Source: Trueperaceae bacterium
Lineage (GTDB): Bacteria; Deinococcota; Deinococci; Deinococcales; Trueperaceae
NCBI GenBank assembly: GCA_965214405.1
Contig: OZ243956.1
Coordinates: 2,784,001-2,848,000 of the forward strand
Length of the DNA: 64,000 nucleotides
Direction of reading: 5' to 3'
The notes beneath the pieces were generated by a model. It was not told the DNA's origin and ran no database searches. It worked only from the letters and a program-made list of their open reading frames with translations. The position numbers and the translations under genes are program-made. Positions 39,600-48,929 of the stretch are shown here, piece after piece. The first letter of the stretch is position 1. Each line of letters opens with the position of its first letter.

Positions 39600-40609
39600 G
39601 CGGGAGGTTCTGAGACCTGGACGAGCAGCTTGCCCATTTTGTCTCCGGTAAAGAGTTTGTTGATGATGGTGGGGGCGCTTTCTAGGCCCTGGTGGATATC
39701 AGAGCGAAACTTCAACCGACCTTCCTTCATCCACCCCGCCATCTCCTGCACCGCCTCGGCGGCGCGGCTGTAGTAGTCGAGAACCAAAAAACCTTCTATC
39801 TTGGCGCGCTTCGACACGAGGATGCCGAGGTTCTGAATCCCCGGCCCCGCCTCGGTCGCGGTGTACTGCGAGATAAAGCCGCACAAAGGAATCCTCGCGC
39901 CGATGTTGACATGCCCCAACACCGCGTCCAGGATGGGTCCGCCGACGTTCTCAAAGTAGACGTCCACCCCGTCGGGGCAAGCGTTGCGAAGCGCTTTGTA
40001 GACGTTCTCGCTCTTGTAGTTAACGGCGGCGTCCGCCCCCAACTCGTCCGTCAACCACGCGCACTTTTCGTCGCTCCCGGCAATGCCGACAACGCGCAGG
40101 TCCTTAATTTTGCCGATTTGACAGACCACCGACCCCACCGCCCCGGCGGCCCCCGACACGACGAGCGTTTCGCCCTCCTTGGGTTTGCCCACGTCCGAGA
40201 GCCCGTAGTAAGCGGTGATACCGGTCATCCCTAGCGGACCCATATAAGCGTCTAAGGGCACCCCCGGCTCACGCGGGAGCTTCTGGAAACCCTTGCCGTC
40301 GCTCACCGTGTACGTCTGCCAACCCGTCAGGCCCGAGACGATATCGCCCTCTGCAAACTTTGGATTTTTAGACGCCTCCACCACGCCGAGGCCGTTACTA
40401 CGCATCACCGCGCCGAGTTCGACCTTGGGCAGATAACTGTCCGCCTTTGCCCACACGCGCTGGGTCGGGTCGAGCGAGAGGTAGACGACGCGGAGGAGGA
40501 TTTGGCCGTCCTCTAACTCCGGCACCGCCTCCTCCCGCCACTCGAAATCGCTTTCCTTGAACATGCCGTCGGGACGCTCTTTGAGCCGCCATTGCTGGTT
40601 GGTTTGCAT
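39596..40609 (-). CDS. NADP-dependent alkenal/prostaglandin reductase-type MDR oxidoreductase
   Basis: YLSLDP, GMTGITAY, VSGAAGAVGS and YFENVGG. Confidence 0.93.
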   Translation of the reverse strand: MQTNQQWRLKERPDGMFKESDFEWREEAVPELEDGQILLRVVYLSLDPTQRVWAKADSYLPKVELGAVMRSNGLGVVEASKNPKFAEGDIVSGLTGWQTYTVSDGKGFQKLPREPGVPLDAYMGPLGMTGITAYYGLSDVGKPKEGETLVVSGAAGAVGSVVCQIGKIKDLRVVGIAGSDEKCAWLTDELGADAAVNYKSENVYKALRNACPDGVDVYFENVGGPILDAVLGHVNIGARIPLCGFISQYTATEAGPGIQNLGILVSKRAKIEGFLVLDYYSRAAEAVQEMAGWMKEGRLKFRSDIHQGLESAPTIINKLFTGDKMGKLLVQVSEPPA

Positions 40610-40686
40610 AATTTTTCCTTTCGGGATGGGGAATGGAGAGGTAGGGAGACCTTCACCCTATTTCCTCCGCCCCCTACCGCCCCACC

Positions 40687-41751
40687 TCAAACGCTTCCCC
40701 TGTCTACCGCCCGCTCCGCCATCTCCCCGCAGGCCCGCACCGCGTGGATAAGGCCCGCGAAACGCTCGTCTTTGGTTAAACCTTTTTTGTAGCGCGCGTA
40801 AATCTGCTGCAAGATGACGGCGATTTTGAAGAGGCCGTAGACGTAGTAGAACACGGGATTGGGTAAGTCGCGCCCGCTTGCCCGCTGGTACTGCTCGAGC
40901 ACCTCCGCCCGCGTCGGGTTACCCGGCAGGGCCGTCGGGCTGAGGCCCAAACGCTGCATCGCGGGCGGGTCGTCGGCCTGAGTCCAGTAGCCTAAAGAGG
41001 TGCCCAAATCCATGAGCGGGTCGCCCACCGTCGCCATCTCCCAGTCGAGCACGGCGGTGATGCGGGTGGGGTCGTGAGGGGAGAACACTACATTGTCGTA
41101 TTTGAAATCGTTGTGGATGAGCGACGCGCCCGACTCAGGGGGCATGGTTTGCTCGAGCCATCCCGCCGCCGCGTCAACAGTCGGCACATCATCCGTCTGC
41201 GCCGCCTTATAACGTTCCGTCCAGCCGCGAACCTGCCGCGCGACGTAGCCCTCCGGCCTGCCAAAGTCGCGCAGTCCCGCCGCGCCTAAGTCAACCGCGT
41301 GAAGCTCTGCGAGCGCGTTCACAAGGGAGGTGGCGACGCCCCGCATCACACCGGGTGCGGGCGCGCGATCCTCCGGCATGGTGCCGCGCAAAATCACGCC
41401 TTCAACGCGTTCCATTACGTAAAAGGGTGCGCCGATAATCTCGACATCCTCGCAGTAGAGGAGGGGCTTGGGCGCTTTGTCGTAGACGGGGTGCAGGTGC
41501 GAGAGCACGCGGTACTCGCGGCCCATGTCGTGCGCGCTTCTAATGTTCGCGCCAAAGGGCGGGCGGCGCAGGACGAGGGGCGTGCCGCCCAGCTCGAGCA
41601 GATACGTCAGATTTGAAAACCCGCTCGGAAACTGTTTTACTCTGAGTTCGCCGCTCAGGTTCAAGTGCTCGCGGAGGTAGGGCTCGAGGCGGGAGGGCTC
41701 GAGCCCTTCTCCTTGACGAACCGCTTTTGGTTGGTCGATGGGATGGTTCAT
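40687..41751 (-). CDS. APH-family phosphotransferase (ACAD10/11 kinase or LvaA-like)
   Basis: SGFSNLTY, VLRRPP..SAHDMGREY, HNDFKYDN and LDWEMATVGDP. Confidence 0.92.
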   Translation of the reverse strand: MNHPIDQPKAVRQGEGLEPSRLEPYLREHLNLSGELRVKQFPSGFSNLTYLLELGGTPLVLRRPPFGANIRSAHDMGREYRVLSHLHPVYDKAPKPLLYCEDVEIIGAPFYVMERVEGVILRGTMPEDRAPAPGVMRGVATSLVNALAELHAVDLGAAGLRDFGRPEGYVARQVRGWTERYKAAQTDDVPTVDAAAGWLEQTMPPESGASLIHNDFKYDNVVFSPHDPTRITAVLDWEMATVGDPLMDLGTSLGYWTQADDPPAMQRLGLSPTALPGNPTRAEVLEQYQRASGRDLPNPVFYYVYGLFKIAVILQQIYARYKKGLTKDERFAGLIHAVRACGEMAERAVDRGSV

Positions 41752-41861
41752 AAGTTCCTAGATTCGTTTTGCGTAGAGGCCACTATGAGCTGCGAGAAGT
41801 ACCGAGGACCGAGTGAAAAGTCATGAGTGAGACAAAAAGCTCATCTCCTAGCCTTCACTCC

Positions 41862-43097
41862 CTAAAGCTTCACCCCGTACTCCCGCATCACCCGCCGCGC
41901 CACCACGCCCTTATGCACCTCGTCCGCGCCGTCGTAAATGCGCGCGCCCCGCTCGTGGCGGTACCAGAACGACAGCGGCGTGTCGTCGGTGACGCCCAGC
42001 GCGCCGTGGGTCTGGATGGCGCGGTCGACAACTTTCATAAGCACGTCGGCGACGAAGAATTTGATGATGGACACGTCCGTCCGGGCCGCCCGGCTGCCGT
42101 CGCGCTCGATGCGCTCCGCCGCGTCCAAAACCAAGAGCCGCGCGGCGTTGACGTCGGCTCGAGACTCCGCAATCCAGTTCTGGATGGACTGCTTGCTCGC
42201 CAAAGGCTTACCAGGTGAAAGTTCGCGCTCCGCGGCGCGCGTACACATGAGGTCAAAGGCGCGCTCGCAGATGCCAATCCAGCGCATACAGTGGTGGATG
42301 CGCCCCGGACCCAGACGCTGCTGCGCGATGGCGAAGCCCGCGTTTTCCTCGCCCAATAGGTTTTCGGCGGGCACGCGGAGGTTTTCAAAGCGCAACTCTG
42401 AGTGGCTGTGGTGGTCCTCGCCCTCCTCGCCGACGATTTTGATGCGCCGCACGTGGATGAGGCCCGGCGCGTCGGAGGGCGTGATGAGCATACTTGCGCG
42501 CTCGTGCGGCTTCTCGGCCTCGGGATTCGTCACCGCCATGATGATGACGAACGAGGAGCCGTCGAAGCCCGTTGTAAACCACTTGTGCCCGTTAATCACA
42601 TAATCATCGCCGTCTTTTTGGGCCGTGGTGCTCATCCACACCGGGTTCGAGCCCGCGTGCGCGGGTTCGGTCATCGCAAAGGCGCTGCGGACGCTTCCCG
42701 CGATGAGCGGTTCTAAAAACGCTTCTTGCTGCGCGGGCGTGCCGTACTGGTGCAAAATCTCCATATTGCCCGCGTCGGGCGCTTGGCAGTTAAAGGCGTG
42801 GTGGCCCAGGGGCGAGCGCCCCAACACCTCACTTAGGCGGCCAAAATCGGGGAGCGACAGCCCCAGCCCACCCGCCTCGGCGGGCATCTGCGGTGTGAAC
42901 AGACCCATCGCCTTGGTTTTCTCCCGCTTCTCGCGCAACTGCGGCAGCACCGCGCCGAAGCCGTTTTGTAAGAAGGTGGGCTCGAGCGGATAAAGCTCCG
43001 TCTCGACAAAGTCCCTGGCGCGTTCAAGCACCTCGGAAAATTCATCCACGCGCGCCTCACCCGAACGTCCCAAAATGCTACTCATCTCGGCCTCCAA
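41862..43097 (-). CDS. Acyl-CoA dehydrogenase (ACAD10/11 or LvaC-like)
   Basis: FNCQAPDAGNMEIL, AMTEP, QRLGPGRIHHCMR and RIYDGADEVH. Confidence 0.93.
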   Translation of the reverse strand: MEAEMSSILGRSGEARVDEFSEVLERARDFVETELYPLEPTFLQNGFGAVLPQLREKREKTKAMGLFTPQMPAEAGGLGLSLPDFGRLSEVLGRSPLGHHAFNCQAPDAGNMEILHQYGTPAQQEAFLEPLIAGSVRSAFAMTEPAHAGSNPVWMSTTAQKDGDDYVINGHKWFTTGFDGSSFVIIMAVTNPEAEKPHERASMLITPSDAPGLIHVRRIKIVGEEGEDHHSHSELRFENLRVPAENLLGEENAGFAIAQQRLGPGRIHHCMRWIGICERAFDLMCTRAAERELSPGKPLASKQSIQNWIAESRADVNAARLLVLDAAERIERDGSRAARTDVSIIKFFVADVLMKVVDRAIQTHGALGVTDDTPLSFWYRHERGARIYDGADEVHKGVVARRVMREYGVKL

Positions 43098-43106
43098 CTC
43101 TAAACA

Positions 43107-43877
43107 TCATGAAACGATGTATCCCCCGTCCACCATGTACACCCCGCCCGTGCAGTAGGCCGACGCGTCGGACGCCAAAAAGACGGCGGTGCCGACGAGG
43201 TCTTCGGGTTCTCCAAGCCGTTTGATGGGCAACCGGTTCACAAACTCTTTGGTCAGCGCCTCGTTACCCCACATCGCCTCGCTAAATTTCGTCTTGATGA
43301 GGCCGGGGCAGATCGCGTTGGCCCGAACCCCGTCCCCGCCCCAATCCTGCGCCATCGCCTGCGTGAGAGAAATCAAGGCCGCCTTGGACGCGCTGTAGAC
43401 GCCGATGCCCGGCTCCGGCTTGAGCCCGCCGATGGACGAGATGTTGATAACCGAGCCTCCACCGCGTTCTCTCATGCTGGGTAGGGCGCGCTTGCAAAGC
43501 TCGAGCGGCCCCTTCAGATTTACGTCCATGATTTTGTCAAACGCGCCCGCGTCGGTGTTCTGAACGGGACCATAGACGGGATTGGCGGCGGCGTTGTTGA
43601 CAATAATGTCGACGCCGCCGTAAGTTCGCAGCGTGGTGTCAACCAAGGCTTGTACTTGCTCCGTCTCCCCCATGTGCGCCGCCACCCCTACCGCCTCGCC
43701 GCCCACTTCTTTAATAGCTTCCGCCACCTCGTCCACGGCGGCTTGCTTGCGGCTGCTCACCACGACCTTGGCACCCTGCGCGGCGAGCGCGTGGGCTATG
43801 GCCTCACCGATGCCCTTGCTTGCGCCCGTCACCACGGCGACCTTGCCGTCGAGGCGGAAAAGCTTCAAAACGTCCAC
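43107..43877 (-). CDS. SDR oxidoreductase (DHRS4-like)
   Basis: TGASKGIG, VVVSSRK, NNAAANP, YSASK and PGLIKTKFS. Confidence 0.93.
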   Translation of the reverse strand: MDVLKLFRLDGKVAVVTGASKGIGEAIAHALAAQGAKVVVSSRKQAAVDEVAEAIKEVGGEAVGVAAHMGETEQVQALVDTTLRTYGGVDIIVNNAAANPVYGPVQNTDAGAFDKIMDVNLKGPLELCKRALPSMRERGGGSVINISSIGGLKPEPGIGVYSASKAALISLTQAMAQDWGGDGVRANAICPGLIKTKFSEAMWGNEALTKEFVNRLPIKRLGEPEDLVGTAVFLASDASAYCTGGVYMVDGGYIVS

Positions 43878-43995
43878 GTGTAAAGCCTCCTGTTAGGTCA
43901 GCATACACCGTTGGGGTTTGGGAAAAGTTTGTTCATGAACCCTTGTTTGTTCGGGTGGGGCGTCAGTAACTTGTGGGTAGTACCCTCACCAACCG

Positions 43996-44024
43996 TTGCC
44001 ACGTATCTGTACATCATGTACACT
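43996..44024 (+). promoter_or_regulatory. TA promoter (TTGCCA-17-TACACT) with YefM/Phd-type operator TGTACA-TCA-TGTACA (44008-22)
   Basis: Palindromic TGTACA pair overlaps the -10; ATG lies 6 nt downstream (leaderless). Confidence 0.75.
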
Positions 44025-44030
44025 TCCCTT

Positions 44031-44276
44031 ATGAACAAATTGCCTCTTCAGGTCAGTATGACCGAATTCCGCGATAACCTTGCGGCTTACCTCGACCTCG
44101 TTGCGCGCGGCAAAACGGTCACCATCACCCGGCGCGGCAAACCGAGCGCGGAACTCAAAACCGTTGAAGCCGCTCCTGCTGTTGACGTGGCGGAGCTCGA
44201 GGCCTTCAGGGCTTCATTGGGCGTGCGCGTTGAGGAGGGTATTGTGGTTAGGGCGAGGCGGGAGGAGCGGTATTAG
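44031..44276 (+). CDS. Phd/YefM family antitoxin
   Basis: VSMTEFRDNLAAYLDLVARGKTVTITRRGKPSAEL. Confidence 0.9.
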   Translation: MNKLPLQVSMTEFRDNLAAYLDLVARGKTVTITRRGKPSAELKTVEAAPAVDVAELEAFRASLGVRVEEGIVVRARREERY

Positions 44277-44720
44277 TATTTTGACACCAGCGCGGTGCTG
44301 CCCCTTTACCTGAACGAACCGGCCTCCGTGGCGGCGCAGGCTGCCCTAGCGCGCGATTTTGGACAACTTGTGATGTCGGCGTCGGCGCTTACCCTCGCCG
44401 AGTTGCGCTCCGGGCTCGCAAGGTACGAGCGAGAGGGTGTGCTAAATGCTGAGCAGGCCGAGCGCGTGTTTGGGCGAGCGCAACGTGACTTGGCCGGAAC
44501 GCCGCGGCGCCTCGAGGTGAGCCAAGACGTGCTCAACGAGACCATTCGGCTTTTGAGCGCTTACCGTGACCTCACGAGCCGAACGCTCGACGCGCTTCAC
44601 GTCGCAACCTGTTTGCGCTACGGAACGCGCGGTTTTGTAACCAATGACAAGCAGCAAGCGCAGTTTGCTCGAGCGGTGGGACTCCACGCACATTGGCTTG
44701 GAGGCAGCCTCGAGCCTTGA
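44277..44720 (+). pseudogene. VapC PIN toxin with no start codon, in frame directly after the antitoxin TAG
   Basis: TAT TAG TAT TTT GAC ACC AGC GCG GTG: the YFDTSA motif lies upstream of the first start codon; LDALHVA and VTND are present. Confidence 0.75.
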
Positions 44721-44764
44721 CCCCCAGTGTCCATAAACAGTGTTTATGAAAATTCCTATAACCG

Positions 44765-45310
44765 CTACGAAAGCCTGTGCTTTTCAAACCGCTCCTTATT
44801 TTTCACACCCTGCAACAACGCCGGGTTGAGCCGCTTGTCTTTGAGGTCGCCGTGCAACACCGAGATGTCGCCTGTACTCTCCAGCACCACAGCCTGCACC
44901 TGGTCGAAGTCGAGCACGTTCGCTTCGCGCAGCTTGCCGTAGATGTCGTCCTCGGTCACGCGCGTCGCCAGCAGCGTATCCCTAAAAAATGTGCCGCCCG
45001 CCATGAGCAAAACGGGTTCGTTGTCGGTCACGCTTACGCTGGTGTTAGAGCGCAACCAAGACACGAAGCGCTGACAAGCGAGCAGCGCGATCAGGGCCGC
45101 AGCACCCTCGAGCAGCGAAGGCGTCGGGCTCACCACCGTGCTGGCGATCACGCTACCCGTCGCCACGGTAATGGCAAAGTCGAAGCTCGACATTTTTGAA
45201 AAAGTGCGGAGGCCGTTTAGGCGCGTAAACAAGATGATGGCGAAGTAGATGCCCACGGTTGATAAAAGGATCCATAATACGCTGCTGGCGGATGTATTGA
45301 GCCATTCCAT
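44765..45310 (-). CDS. DUF421/YetF family membrane protein
   Basis: GLRTFSKMSSFDF, EPVLLMAGG, KLRE and VVLESTGDISV; RBS GAGGAG before ATG 45310. Confidence 0.88.
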   Translation of the reverse strand: MEWLNTSASSVLWILLSTVGIYFAIILFTRLNGLRTFSKMSSFDFAITVATGSVIASTVVSPTPSLLEGAAALIALLACQRFVSWLRSNTSVSVTDNEPVLLMAGGTFFRDTLLATRVTEDDIYGKLREANVLDFDQVQAVVLESTGDISVLHGDLKDKRLNPALLQGVKNKERFEKHRLS

Positions 45311-45505
45311 AGTTTTCTCCTCGAGATGATGTTTGCCGTTGGTATTTACTGCTGGCATCCACTGCTGATGTTTGTCAGTGGTGAATGTGTTTCATTGAGA
45401 AGGACGCGAGGCACATGAGTATTCGCATCCTTCTTGCTCTTTACTTCTCCTCACTTCCCCCACATGGCAAAACTTGCAGTGAATAAGCTTAAACGTCAAT
45501 AAACC

Positions 45506-46375
45506 CTAGTCCCCCGCCCTCTGCACCTCTCGCCTCGCCTTACGCGGCTTGAATTTGAACTCGCTCACCACCATCGCCAGCACCACCAGCGCGCCGCCGA
45601 GCCATCCCAAGAGCCCCAGCGCCTCACCGAGCAAAAGGTAGGCGAAAAGCGCGGCGAAAGCGGGCTCGAGCACGAAGATAAGCGCCGCCAGATAGGCGGG
45701 CACCACCCGCTGCGCGTAGGTTTGCAGCACCGTCACCAGCGCCGTGGCGACGACGCCCAGGTAGGCGACGGCCAAGAACGTCTCGAGCGACACCTCACGT
45801 AGTGCGCCCAGCGTCGGAAACGCCCAAGCCCAAGCGAGAAGCGCCATCATCCAGAGTTGGAGGCTGCTGAGGACCAGCGGGTCGTGTTTGGGCGCGACCT
45901 CACCCAAATAAACGATGTAGAGCGCGTAGGCCAGCGCGGTGCCGAGCACCCACACGTCGCCCCCGTTCACGCCGCTTGCACCCGTGACCGTCATCAGCCC
46001 TAAACCCACAAGCGCCACGAGCGCCGCCAAAAAGGCGCGCGGCGGCACGCGGTTACGAAACCACGCCGCGCTGACCAGGGGCGTGAGGATGACGCTCAAG
46101 CCCGTGATAAACGCCGCCTTGGAGGCGGTGGTGAGGGTTAGCCCGAGCGTCTGAGTGGCGAAACCGGCAAAGGCCAAAAGCCCCAGCACGAGCCCCGGTT
46201 TGAGCGCGCGCCGCTGTGGCTTGACCCAGCTCAGTAGGAGCGCGGCCACGCTAAAACGTAGCGCGAGTAAGAGGGGCGCAGGGATGTCAGAAAGCGCGCC
46301 CTTGACAATCGCAAACGTCGTGCCCCACACCAGGGTGATGCCAACGAGGGTGATGACGCCGAGCGCGGGAGACAT
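45506..46375 (-). CDS. DMT/EamA family transporter
   Basis: LVWGTTF, TTASKAAFITGL and EPAFAALF; about 10 TM segments. Confidence 0.92.
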   Translation of the reverse strand: MSPALGVITLVGITLVWGTTFAIVKGALSDIPAPLLLALRFSVAALLLSWVKPQRRALKPGLVLGLLAFAGFATQTLGLTLTTASKAAFITGLSVILTPLVSAAWFRNRVPPRAFLAALVALVGLGLMTVTGASGVNGGDVWVLGTALAYALYIVYLGEVAPKHDPLVLSSLQLWMMALLAWAWAFPTLGALREVSLETFLAVAYLGVVATALVTVLQTYAQRVVPAYLAALIFVLEPAFAALFAYLLLGEALGLLGWLGGALVVLAMVVSEFKFKPRKARREVQRAGD

Positions 46376-46525
46376 GAGGGCGATTGTGGCATGTTTAGTG
46401 GGGGCGGACAAGTAGCGTAGAATTGAAGGTGTCCCAGATTGTGTGTTTGAGCGAGTTTCTTTGTGTCGGCGACAAAACCCGTGTGGAGCTATATACAATC
46501 TGTGGTACACCGCCTAAAGTCAGGC

Positions 46526-47008
46526 ATGACGCCTCACAGCTACCGGATCGGTTTTGGTGAAGACGCTCACCGACTAGAAGTGGGGCGACCCCTCATCATT
46601 GGCGGGGTCAAGATACCCAGCAGCCCCCACGGCGCCGTTGCCCACAGCGACGGGGACGTTCTCCTACATGCGTTATCCGACGCGCTACTCTCGGCGTTTG
46701 CTTTGGGCGACATCGGACACTATTTCCCGCCGTCCGACCCAGCGTTTAAGAACATGGAAAGCGCAAAGATTCTAGCGCGGGTGCTCGAGCTTTTGGAAGA
46801 GCGGGAGGAAAGCCCGGAGATAGTCAATGTGGCCGCTGTTGTCACGCTTGATAAACCTAAACTCGAGCCCCACCGCGCCGCCATTGCCGCCCGAGTTGCG
46901 GGGCTCTTAAATCTACCGCAAGACCGCGTCGGTGTAGGGTTCAAGACCAGCGAAGGACTCGCGCCCGCGCACATCCAGGCGCGAGTCACGGTGCTGTTAA
47001 AAGGTTGA
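46526..47008 (+). CDS. ispF: 2-C-methyl-D-erythritol 2,4-cyclodiphosphate synthase
   Basis: [33 protein letters not shown] and KTSEGL. Confidence 0.95.
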   Translation: MTPHSYRIGFGEDAHRLEVGRPLIIGGVKIPSSPHGAVAHSDGDVLLHALSDALLSAFALGDIGHYFPPSDPAFKNMESAKILARVLELLEEREESPEIVNVAAVVTLDKPKLEPHRAAIAARVAGLLNLPQDRVGVGFKTSEGLAPAHIQARVTVLLKG

Positions 47009-47015
47009 GCATGAG

Positions 47016-47047
47016 AAAACCCCCTCGAGACGTCTCGAGGGGGTTTT
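47016..47047. terminator. Bidirectional terminator, perfect 32-bp palindrome
   Basis: AAAACCCCCTCGAGACGTCTCGAGGGGGTTTT between convergent ispF and SLH genes. Confidence 0.88.
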
Positions 47048-47068
47048 GGCTAATGTTTTAGCTGAATG

Positions 47069-48157
47069 TTACGGGCGGAAGGTGATACCCGCGCTGACTG
47101 TCGGGTAGATTTGGTCGTAGTTGTACTCCGGGGTACCGGCGGGCGCTTCATTAAAGTAGTAGTCAACACCTGCCTCGGCGAAGACGCCGAACTTGCTCGA
47201 GAGGCCGAGTTCGGCTCCCAGGATGCCCGCCGCGAAGAGGCCGTCGTTCGCTTGAGGGGCGTCGCTGAGGTTGTACGAGTAACCCGCGCCTGCGCCGACG
47301 TAGCCGCGCAAGCCGCCGCTACCCAGGGTGTAGGTGAGGTAACCGATGCCGGTGATGGTGCCGTCAGAAATGGTGCTCTGGCGACCATAGTCGGCGGTTG
47401 CGCGCAGGCCGAAGCCCGCAATCGCGCGGTCGACACCCACGTTGAGGCGCACGCCGATGCGGTCGTTGAGCTCGTTGAACGCGCCGAGACCGATGTAGAA
47501 GGGGCTGCGGTCTCTGTCGACGACCACTTCCTCGAGCGGAGCAGGTGCGGGCGTAGGCGCGGGCGGCGTGACCTCTACGGTCTCACCTGCGGCACCTGCC
47601 GGACCCTGCGGGCCTTCAGGGCCTTGTGGACCCTGCGGGCCTTCGGGGCCTTGTGGACCCTCGGGACCTTGCGGGCCTACCGGACCCTGTGGGCCTTCAG
47701 GACCCTGCGGACCCTGGAGTTCGCCCGAGGCGATTTGCTGGCGCAACGCCTCGAGTTCGGCGGTCAAGCTGTCGACTTGCTGCTGCAGCGTCATCATGTC
47801 TTGCTGACCGGACTCCAACGCGCTCACGCGGTTGCCAAGCGAATCGACGGTGGAGCCGAGTTCTTGAACCGCGTTGCGGAGCGAGTCGAGGTCGTCTTGG
47901 CTCAGCATTTGGCTCGCCATCTGCTGGTCCACCACGTCGAGCAAGCGCGAAATCACGAGCGCCGCTTGGTAACGCGTGAAGCTCTCGTTGCCGCGGAAGG
48001 TGCCGTCAGGAAAGCCGACGACGATGCCCAAATCGGCAATCCGCGCGACCGCGTCGCTTGCCCAGTGGCCCGCCGGGATGTCCGGGAACGCCTGGCTTTG
48101 CGCGAAGGCGCCACTCGCAACGAGCGCCGCGAGGGAAACTAACATAATTCTCTTCAT
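47069..48157 (-). CDS. SLH-domain envelope protein with coiled coil, collagen-like repeat and small C-terminal beta-barrel
   Basis: Signal peptide; [25 protein letters not shown] (SLH); heptad segment; 15 Gly-X-Y triplets; amphipathic strands ending AGITFRP. Confidence 0.88.
   Translation of the reverse strand: MKRIMLVSLAALVASGAFAQSQAFPDIPAGHWASDAVARIADLGIVVGFPDGTFRGNESFTRYQAALVISRLLDVVDQQMASQMLSQDDLDSLRNAVQELGSTVDSLGNRVSALESGQQDMMTLQQQVDSLTAELEALRQQIASGELQGPQGPEGPQGPVGPQGPEGPQGPEGPQGPQGPEGPQGPAGAAGETVEVTPPAPTPAPAPLEEVVVDRDRSPFYIGLGAFNELNDRIGVRLNVGVDRAIAGFGLRATADYGRQSTISDGTITGIGYLTYTLGSGGLRGYVGAGAGYSYNLSDAPQANDGLFAAGILGAELGLSSKFGVFAEAGVDYYFNEAPAGTPEYNYDQIYPTVSAGITFRP
47579..47713 (-). repeat. 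9-bp tandem repeat encoding (Gly-X-Y)15
   Basis: [12 protein letters not shown] triplets, ending GAA-GET. Confidence 0.95.
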
Positions 48158-48537
48158 TTTACCTCCTGGTTTTCAAATCTGGTTCGCTTCTGTGGTGCGT
48201 TTCTTGGGGCGTGCCCCCCAAACTTATAACACAAACTTTCAGGGTACGTTTTACGTCGAACAGTGGCACCTCCTTTTCATTGATGAGCGCGTCCCCCAGG
48301 CGCAACGTCACAGCGTGTGAAGCTGGCGTGAGCTTCAGAACACCCAGTGACGATGCGAAAGAAGCTCCACGAGCGCCCGGCGGTTCCGTTCATCTCGCTA
48401 GAGACACGGTAGAAGGTTCGCTTTTGGGACACTTGAGCCGGGAACACAAACGTCACTATAAGGAGGGAGCTGAGAAAAGCGTATGAAAAAGTTAACGCTT
48501 CTTGCGAGCGGGCGGCAGTTTCTGAGCTCGAGCTGGG

Positions 48538-48861
48538 CTAAACTTCTTGGTAGACCACAAAAACTTCCCCGTCCTCGACCAAGGTTTCAAAAAGGCGAAT
48601 CTTTTTTACCGCGGGAAGGCTGGGGCGTCCCGTCTGGAGGTCGAACTTGGCCCCGTGGTACTGGCATTTCACCGAACCTTCTAAAAGTTCGCCGTCGTGC
48701 AAGGGGTATTTTGCGTGGGTACACCTGTCCGGCAGGGCGTAAAAAGACCCCTGCTGGTGAATAATCAGCACGTCTTGTTCACCTACTCGCACCACGTTCA
48801 TGGAGTCCTCTGGAAAATTCTCAACGGAGCCCACAGCCACGCGTCCTTCTGTTACCGCCAC
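48538..48861 (-). CDS. Rieske-type ferredoxin of the suf cluster
   Basis: CTH...CQYHGAKFD. Confidence 0.92.
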   Translation of the reverse strand: MAVTEGRVAVGSVENFPEDSMNVVRVGEQDVLIIHQQGSFYALPDRCTHAKYPLHDGELLEGSVKCQYHGAKFDLQTGRPSLPAVKKIRLFETLVEDGEVFVVYQEV

Positions 48862-48898
48862 AGTGTTCCTTTCACGAGTTTGCAGGGGGAAAAGTGAA

Positions 48899-48921
48899 AG
48901 AAGCGTTCTCAGAACGCTTCT
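48899..48921. repeat. 11-bp perfect inverted repeat between sufD and the Rieske gene
   Basis: AGAAGCGTTCT-C-AGAACGCTTCT; RNA hairpin or binding site. Confidence 0.6.
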
Positions 48922-48929
48922 CTTAAAGC

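Noticed and set aside
47066..48142. 358-aa plus-strand ORF
   Set aside because: Exact antisense shadow of the SLH gene, with no motif or RBS; expected from high-GC codon bias
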